DNA from: Clostridium sp. CAG:302
GTDB lineage: Bacteria; Bacteroidota; Bacteroidia; Bacteroidales; Bacteroidaceae
Direction: 5' to 3'
Length of the DNA: 41,546 nucleotides
NCBI GenBank assembly: GCA_963658165.1
Contig: CAVKQP010000001.1
Location: forward strand, 1-41,546
Every line of letters begins with the position of its first letter. The stretch's first letter is position 1. Both the position numbers and the translations under genes were made by a program. Under the pieces are notes generated by a model. The model was given only the letters and a program-made list of their open reading frames with translations, did no database searches and was not told the origin of the DNA. This document shows positions 35,740 to 41,546 of this stretch, piece after piece.

Positions 35740-37731
35740 ATGAACAAGATATTCAATATATTCGGCGTCGCAGCCATTGCCATGACCATGACTTCTTGTC
35801 AGGACTGGCTTGACATGCCGTCAGAGTCAAGCGCCGACAGTGGCTCTGTCTTCGAGACCGTGGGCCGTGCCGAAATGGCGACGGTCGGAGCCTATGCTTC
35901 GCTCCATACCCAAGAATTGGGCTATCAGCTTTTGGAGGGTACCGACGAGTGCGCTTCTAATGAAAGCAATTCGAAGTACGACGTTTCCAACTATAATTTC
36001 ACCAACTTGACTGGCATGCTTAGCAATACTTATACCTCTATGTATAAGGCCATCGAGTATGCTAACGTCTGTATCAAGAATCTTCCTGAGATGAATGTGT
36101 CTGGGAACGATCAAGCCAAGGTGAACGCACTGCTTGGTGAAGCTCTCGCCGTTCGTGCCTATGCCTATTGGAACGTAGTACGCTTCTATGGTGATGTGCC
36201 TTTCACGACCATTCCTACCTCCGACGCTACCACCTTCTCTTCTTCTCGCACCAGCCGTGATGTTATCTACGATCAGTGCGTTGCCGACTTGCAGCGTGCT
36301 GTGGAACTGTTGCCTTGGAAGGGAGAGGCGAATGCCGCTGCCACCACCGAGCGTTTCACTAAGAACTCAGCCTATGGCATCCTCGCCCGTGTGGCACTCT
36401 ATGCTGCTGGCTACTCTTTGCGTTGGGACCTCACTACCTATGATCCCGCTACGCTCCACATCGCCCGTCGTGACGATGCCACCCGTGTGAAGGAACTCTA
36501 TCAGATTGCAGCTGATGCTTGCAAGGCTGTTATTGATAAAGGTGACAATGGTCTGCTTGACAGCTACGACCAGGTGTTCCGCAATCTGGGTAATCAGACC
36601 TATGACAAGGAAACCATGCTCGAATATGGTTGGTATAGTACAAATGGTGCAGACGTGCGTACAGGTTATGTCAATGGTATCCCGACCTCTGGTAACGACA
36701 ACTCTGAGGGCGGTCTTGGTAAGGGCGGTAGTCAAATGATGGCTTATCCAACCCTCTTCTTCGACTACGATAAGGACGACCAGCGCCGCGATGTGTCTGT
36801 CTGCAACTATGGTCTTGTGCTCAGCGCCAAGGGAAACAAGTATCAGATGGAGTCTTATAACGGCATGGGTGTCGGCAAATATCGTATCAACTGGAAGAAA
36901 GAGCGTGGTTCTTCAGACAGCAAACGCGACATCAACTTCCCATTGCTCCGCTATTCCGATGTACTCTTGATGTATGCCGAGGCACTTAACGAACTGAACA
37001 ATGGTCCTACGCAGGAGGCTATCAATGCTGTGAAGGAAGTGCGAAAGCGCGCTTTCAGTGGTGATGAGACCAAGGCTGCTGCCGGCATTCCTACCACCCA
37101 CGACGATTTCCTCACATTCATCCAGCAAGAGCGTAAGTTGGAACTTGCTTTCGAAGGCTTGCGTCGCACCGACCTCACCCGTTGGGGCATTCAGTATGAG
37201 AAGCTAATGGGCGAGAAGGAACGTCTGGTCAACTTGGCAAAGCGTCAGGGTGAGTTTGCCAATGTGCCCGTCTATCGTGCCTACTATCTCACTTCTACAC
37301 CGCAGTTCCAGGATCCTACCATCGGTTTGGATTATATTGAATTGTCACAGAGTGATGTGGAGCAACTTGGACTTACCGATACGCAACTCAAGACACTGAA
37401 GATTTTGAACGCTAGTGGTAAGGGTGTGACCACCGCTGATCTCTATGAGGCAGATGGTAAACTCTATAGTGAGGCCAATGCTCCCGCAGGAGCTACCAAG
37501 CACACCTACACGATTCTCAACATGTTTAGCATTACGTCTGTGAAGCAGAAGGGTAACCTCAGTGTCGTAGACGAGCAAGGCGTGTCGAGTAACAATGCTT
37601 GGATTACGGGCTCTACAGGTGTGTTCTATGGTTTGACCAAGAATATGACTGAGTTGATGCCATTCAATACGACCAACATCCTCGATGTGAATCCAGGCTT
37701 GTCAGGTCAGCAGCATCCTGCATACAAATAA
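35740..37731 (+). CDS. SusD/RagB-family glycan-binding lipoprotein (long, 663 aa)
   Basis: Lipobox MTSC, GEALAVRAYAY...FYGDVPF, LLRYSDVLLMYAEALNE and ERKLELAFEGLRRTDLTRWG. Confidence 0.94.
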   Translation: MNKIFNIFGVAAIAMTMTSCQDWLDMPSESSADSGSVFETVGRAEMATVGAYASLHTQELGYQLLEGTDECASNESNSKYDVSNYNFTNLTGMLSNTYTSMYKAIEYANVCIKNLPEMNVSGNDQAKVNALLGEALAVRAYAYWNVVRFYGDVPFTTIPTSDATTFSSSRTSRDVIYDQCVADLQRAVELLPWKGEANAAATTERFTKNSAYGILARVALYAAGYSLRWDLTTYDPATLHIARRDDATRVKELYQIAADACKAVIDKGDNGLLDSYDQVFRNLGNQTYDKETMLEYGWYSTNGADVRTGYVNGIPTSGNDNSEGGLGKGGSQMMAYPTLFFDYDKDDQRRDVSVCNYGLVLSAKGNKYQMESYNGMGVGKYRINWKKERGSSDSKRDINFPLLRYSDVLLMYAEALNELNNGPTQEAINAVKEVRKRAFSGDETKAAAGIPTTHDDFLTFIQQERKLELAFEGLRRTDLTRWGIQYEKLMGEKERLVNLAKRQGEFANVPVYRAYYLTSTPQFQDPTIGLDYIELSQSDVEQLGLTDTQLKTLKILNASGKGVTTADLYEADGKLYSEANAPAGATKHTYTILNMFSITSVKQKGNLSVVDEQGVSSNNAWITGSTGVFYGLTKNMTELMPFNTTNILDVNPGLSGQQHPAYK

Positions 37732-37773
37732 GGTAATCCCATCAATTACACATATTATATAAACTTCTTATGT

Positions 37774-37804
37774 GGGGCGCATCCTTCGTGGTGCGCCCCT
37801 TTTT
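37774..37804 (+). terminator. Intrinsic terminator after the second susD
   Basis: GGGGCGCATC-CTTCGT-GGTGCGCCCC followed by TTTTT. Confidence 0.85.
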
Positions 37805-37859
37805 GATGCCAAGACCGAAAACAAGTAGGCCTTTATTTTGTATTGTCTTCAATTTGCGT

Positions 37860-37867
37860 TAACTTTG
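37860..37867 (+). promoter_or_regulatory. -7 promoter box TAACTTTG for the HTCS gene
   Basis: TAnnTTTG consensus 25 nt before ATG 37893. Confidence 0.6.
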
Positions 37868-37892
37868 CCGATACTTAACCCAAAACTATTTG

Positions 37893-40800
37893 ATGTTGAA
37901 GAAAAACATATTCAGAATAATTCTTCTTGTGCAAACCTGCTTGCTATTTGTTGCCTGCCATCGTGGGCAGACTGCTTCTATGGATAAACAGGATACCCTT
38001 CGCCTTGTAGAAAATAAACAAGCACGAAAGGCAATGGCGCTTCCCGTGGAAGTGCGTGCCAAGAAGATAACGCTACAAGATGGACTTCCTTCCAATACCA
38101 TCAACACCATGCTGCAAGACCAGAAAGGTTTTCTTTGGTTTGGCACCCACAATGGTTTGGTGCGCTACGATGGCAACAAGATGACTGTCTATCGGCACGA
38201 CAGTCTGCAGACTTCGATTGCAGACAACCGCATCAAGCAACTGTGGGAAGACACCACCTATAAGAAACTTTGGACCTATACTTCTGCCGAATTGTTCTCG
38301 TGCATTGATATGCGTAGCGGTGAAGCGGAAGATTATTGGGGAGACGCTCGCATACATGGTCGCTACACCAATGCAAAATTGGTTACTCCAGGCATTGTAT
38401 GGCTGTGGGGCAAGAGCGATGGCGCACTTCGTGTGGACTATCGCGACGGGCAGTTTCGCACCACACGTTTCGATGAACAGAATTTAGGCTCCTCTTCCAT
38501 CCTGCGTCTTGAAAAAATATCCTCACGCGAGATTCTCCTATGCACGAAAGACAAGGCTTTTATCTATGATGCGCAAGGGCTCACTTGTGTGGTGAAAGGG
38601 CAGAACGTGCAAAGCTTGGAATTCTGTAAGGGTCAGGTGATGCTGGCTACCGACCGAGGAAATATCTATAACCTTCAGCATCGAAAATTGTCTATTGTGG
38701 CTCGAGTGCCTTTGGCAAAAGGCGAACACTTTTCTAGTGACATGATGCTGGAAAACCAATGGATACTTTTCACCAACCTTGGGGCATGGATGGTTGACAT
38801 ACCTCACCATCGCGTGACCCGTTGTACGGGCGAATGGAACATACCGGGGGGTAAAGTGTATACCGACAACAAAGGTAGACGTTGGATACACAACAAGACA
38901 GGCATCCTCCGCATGGTGAAAGGAAATGACATCGTGTCGCTCAACCTGTTGCCCAATGGTGAGACAAACTATATTGACTATGAACGTTTTCGAGTGGTGG
39001 AGGACAATAGAGGATTGATTTGGATATCCACCTATGGTAACGGTATCTATGTGTTCAGTCAGGACCTCAAGCAGAATCAGCATTTCATGGCTGACGAGAA
39101 GGGAGAATCGCCCATTGCATCCAATTATGTGTTGGGCATCATCGCTGATCGCTACGATGGCGTTTGGGTCAGTTCGGAGTATGGCGGCGTGTCGCACATC
39201 CAAGTGATGGACAAGGGCGTGGAACGCATCTTCCCCAATGGCAGCAATTATCTCGATTTCTCCAATGTGGTGCGCATGATACGCCAGGTTCCCAATGGCG
39301 TGTTGGTGTCCACTCGCGATGGTTCGCTCTATCACTATTCTGCCGATATGAGCCAACTGTTGGGTGTGAGTCATTTTGATGCCAACATCTATGCGTTTGC
39401 AAAAGATGCCGATAGCGTGACGTGGCTAGGCACTCGTGGTAAGGGCGTCTATGGCGTAGATGGTTTGCCGCTTGCTCCTTGCAATGTGTTCTGTTTGGCT
39501 ACCGACAAGCGCAGTCGCATGTGGATAGGTACCTTCGGCAAGGGGTTGGACGTAGCACAGAAAGACCATCAGGGACGCTATGCCGTCAAGACCTTCTTTG
39601 CCGACAGCGTGGGCTTGAGCGAAGTGCGATGCATGGTGAACGACCGACAAGGCAAGATGTGGGTAGGCACCTCGGGCGGATTGATTGTCTTTACTCCCGA
39701 CCATTTTATCAATGACAACAAGGCTTATCGCATCTATCATCGTGACTATGAAATTCACGATATGATGATAGACAGCAAGGGTACGCTATGGCTTGCCGTG
39801 CCAGGTGTAGGCTTGGTGCGTGTGGACGACGGCGAGACACCGCGCTTCCTTGTTTATGGCAGTGAGGATGGTTTGATCAACAATATGGTGCAGTCGGTGG
39901 TGGAAGGCAAGGACGGCAACCTGTGGATACCTACCCAGCAGGGCGTGTCGTGCATGGACGTGAAGAACAACACCTTTGACAACTACATGTTTGATGTCAC
40001 CCCGATGGGCAATGTCTATAACGAGAACTCTGCCGTCTGCCTGAACGACGGACGTATCCTCTTAGGAGGTAACTACGGACTGACGCTTATCACCCCTTCC
40101 CAGTTGAAGCGCATTAGTGGGCAGACCAATGTGGTCTTTACCTCCTATCCTTATTCTTCGGAAATTCAACTCGACCACAACGACAATTCTCCCACGATAG
40201 ACTTCTCTACACTCGACTATTCCGATGTGAACAATGTGAAGTACACCTATTGGCTTGAAGGCTATGACAAGGGGTGGAGCACTCCCTCCTCCACATCGTG
40301 GGCATCGTTCAGCCATCTCCCCACGGGCACCTACCGCCTACATGCCAAAGCGTGCTATTCCGATGGCGACTGGGGAACGGAGAGTGTGCTTGCCATCACG
40401 GTGCGTCCCCCATTCTATCTCTCTGGATGGGCAGTTCTCCTTTATGTGATGATAGCAGGCTTGATGACTGGTATTGTGATTCGCAGCATGCGGGAGAAGA
40501 ACGAACTGAAGCGCAAAATCATGGTGGAACAAGAGATTACCAAGTATAAGCTCACCTTCTTCACCAACATTGCCCATGAGTTCCGCACCCCGCTGACCCT
40601 GATACAAGGCGCGTTGGAGAAGGAAACAAAAATCATGAAGGCCAACAAGTGGCAACCCGAACTAGACAAGACCATACGTACGATGAATAAGAGCGTGCAA
40701 CGCATGCTCCGCCTGATCAACCAACTGTTGGAGTTCCGCAAGATGCAAGCAGGCAAACTGAAGTTGGCACTCCAAGAAACGGATGCTGTGATGTTCTGCC

Positions 40801-41546
40801 GCAACATCTTCCAAATGTTTGATGACGCTGCCGAATCTAAGCATATCACCTATCGCTTCAAGTCGGAGGAATCGGCACATGTGATGTATCTCGACCGACA
40901 GAGCATCGACAAGGTGGTCTTCAACCTATTGTCGAACGCCTTTAAGTATACACCTGCAGAAGGTAGGGTCACGCTGAGTCTTGATTTTACCGACCAACTC
41001 ACCATTCGGGTGACCGACACAGGTGTGGGCATTCCTGTCGACAAGCGCAGTCAGTTGTTCAGTCGCTTTATGCAGAGCAATTACACGGGCGACAGCTTCG
41101 GCATAGGCTTGCATCTGACCCATGAATTGGTGGTCTTGCACCACGGTACCATTCACTATGAGGATAACCCTGGCGGAGGCTCCGTCTTTGTGGTGCGCAT
41201 ACCGACCGACAAAAAGGTGTATGACGATTCCGACTTCCTCGTGGCGAGCAGTCCGATACTAGAAGACCATGTGGCTATCCCTGAACCCAGCGAGGCGGCT
41301 CCCACGACAGACAAACCTACAACGCAGACACCACTCAACAAGCGCACCATTCTTCTCATTGAAGATGATAACGATGTGCGCGACTTCCTCCTCTCCGAAC
41401 TGGGTGCTTGTTTCGAGACCATCTCGGCAACCGACGGACAGGAAGGACTTGCCAAGGCGAAAGAGAATGAAGTGGATCTGATTGTGAGCGACGTGATGAT
41501 GCCTGGCATGAACGGTTTTGAGGTGACAAAGCGCTTGAAGAATAGC
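37893..41546 (+). CDS. Hybrid two-component system sensor/regulator (beta-propeller sensor, Y_Y_Y, TM, HisKA, HATPase, REC); runs off the right edge
   Basis: Manual translation from ATG 37893: DGLPSNTINTMLQDQKGFLWFGTHNGLVRYDG, YTYWLEGYD, FFTNIAHEFRTPLTLI (His codon at 40575, same frame), NLLSNAFKYT, DTGVGI, GIGLHL and SDVMMPGMNGFE. No stop in the window, so absent from the ORF track. Confidence 0.95.
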   Translation, partial: MLKKNIFRIILLVQTCLLFVACHRGQTASMDKQDTLRLVENKQARKAMALPVEVRAKKITLQDGLPSNTINTMLQDQKGFLWFGTHNGLVRYDGNKMTVYRHDSLQTSIADNRIKQLWEDTTYKKLWTYTSAELFSCIDMRSGEAEDYWGDARIHGRYTNAKLVTPGIVWLWGKSDGALRVDYRDGQFRTTRFDEQNLGSSSILRLEKISSREILLCTKDKAFIYDAQGLTCVVKGQNVQSLEFCKGQVMLATDRGNIYNLQHRKLSIVARVPLAKGEHFSSDMMLENQWILFTNLGAWMVDIPHHRVTRCTGEWNIPGGKVYTDNKGRRWIHNKTGILRMVKGNDIVSLNLLPNGETNYIDYERFRVVEDNRGLIWISTYGNGIYVFSQDLKQNQHFMADEKGESPIASNYVLGIIADRYDGVWVSSEYGGVSHIQVMDKGVERIFPNGSNYLDFSNVVRMIRQVPNGVLVSTRDGSLYHYSADMSQLLGVSHFDANIYAFAKDADSVTWLGTRGKGVYGVDGLPLAPCNVFCLATDKRSRMWIGTFGKGLDVAQKDHQGRYAVKTFFADSVGLSEVRCMVNDRQGKMWVGTSGGLIVFTPDHFINDNKAYRIYHRDYEIHDMMIDSKGTLWLAVPGVGLVRVDDGETPRFLVYGSEDGLINNMVQSVVEGKDGNLWIPTQQGVSCMDVKNNTFDNYMFDVTPMGNVYNENSAVCLNDGRILLGGNYGLTLITPSQLKRISGQTNVVFTSYPYSSEIQLDHNDNSPTIDFSTLDYSDVNNVKYTYWLEGYDKGWSTPSSTSWASFSHLPTGTYRLHAKACYSDGDWGTESVLAITVRPPFYLSGWAVLLYVMIAGLMTGIVIRSMREKNELKRKIMVEQEITKYKLTFFTNIAHEFRTPLTLIQGALEKETKIMKANKWQPELDKTIRTMNKSVQRMLRLINQLLEFRKMQAGKLKLALQETDAVMFCRNIFQMFDDAAESKHITYRFKSEESAHVMYLDRQSIDKVVFNLLSNAFKYTPAEGRVTLSLDFTDQLTIRVTDTGVGIPVDKRSQLFSRFMQSNYTGDSFGIGLHLTHELVVLHHGTIHYEDNPGGGSVFVVRIPTDKKVYDDSDFLVASSPILEDHVAIPEPSEAAPTTDKPTTQTPLNKRTILLIEDDNDVRDFLLSELGACFETISATDGQEGLAKAKENEVDLIVSDVMMPGMNGFEVTKRLKNS

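Larger units (their letters stand above)
17481..41546 (+). other. Pectin/rhamnogalacturonan polysaccharide utilization locus (GH95 at 14250 may belong to it)
   Basis: Co-oriented PL1, PL1, GH95-like, PL11, two SusC/SusD pairs and an HTCS. Confidence 0.88.

Noticed and set aside
21248..39374. Long antisense ORFs (21248-22144, 22517-23242, 29130-29960, 33194-34072, 38538-39374)
   Set aside because: Each lies opposite a well-supported gene and has the His/Val/Leu-rich composition typical of reverse-frame artefacts.
37886..41546. Apparent gene-poor or pseudogene region in the ORF track
   Set aside because: It is one continuous plus-strand HTCS frame from 37893 whose stop lies beyond the window.

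Overview
Chromosomal window from a Bacteroidales bacterium, most likely Prevotella/Segatella-like. This assignment rests on TAnnTTTG -7 promoter boxes, AT-rich translation starts without Shine-Dalgarno sequences, SusC/SusD pairs, a hybrid two-component system (HTCS) and T9SS-type C-terminal domains. The left part (1-14100) is housekeeping and transport: a MauE/DoxX-like membrane protein reading in frame into triosephosphate isomerase, DUF1599, a lipoprotein, CCA-adding enzyme, an RND efflux operon ending in a divergent LpxA paralogue, NAD kinase and an ABC half-transporter. The right part (14250-41546) is largely a pectin/rhamnogalacturonan utilization locus: GH95, an LMW phosphatase, two PL1 lyases, an unclassified GH95-related enzyme, PL11, two SusC/SusD pairs and an HTCS truncated by the window edge. 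The two edge genes are missing from the ORF track because they have no stop codon in the window. Best leads are the membrane protein-TPI in-frame fusion, the GH95-related enzyme with altered catalytic motifs, the LpxA paralogue in an efflux operon, a candidate 16-aa small gene with its own promoter and terminator, and several 11/22-bp-phased intergenic repeat arrays. No CRISPR array, rRNA, tRNA, transposase or phage gene was recognised. All family assignments and alignments were made by eye, not by database search.
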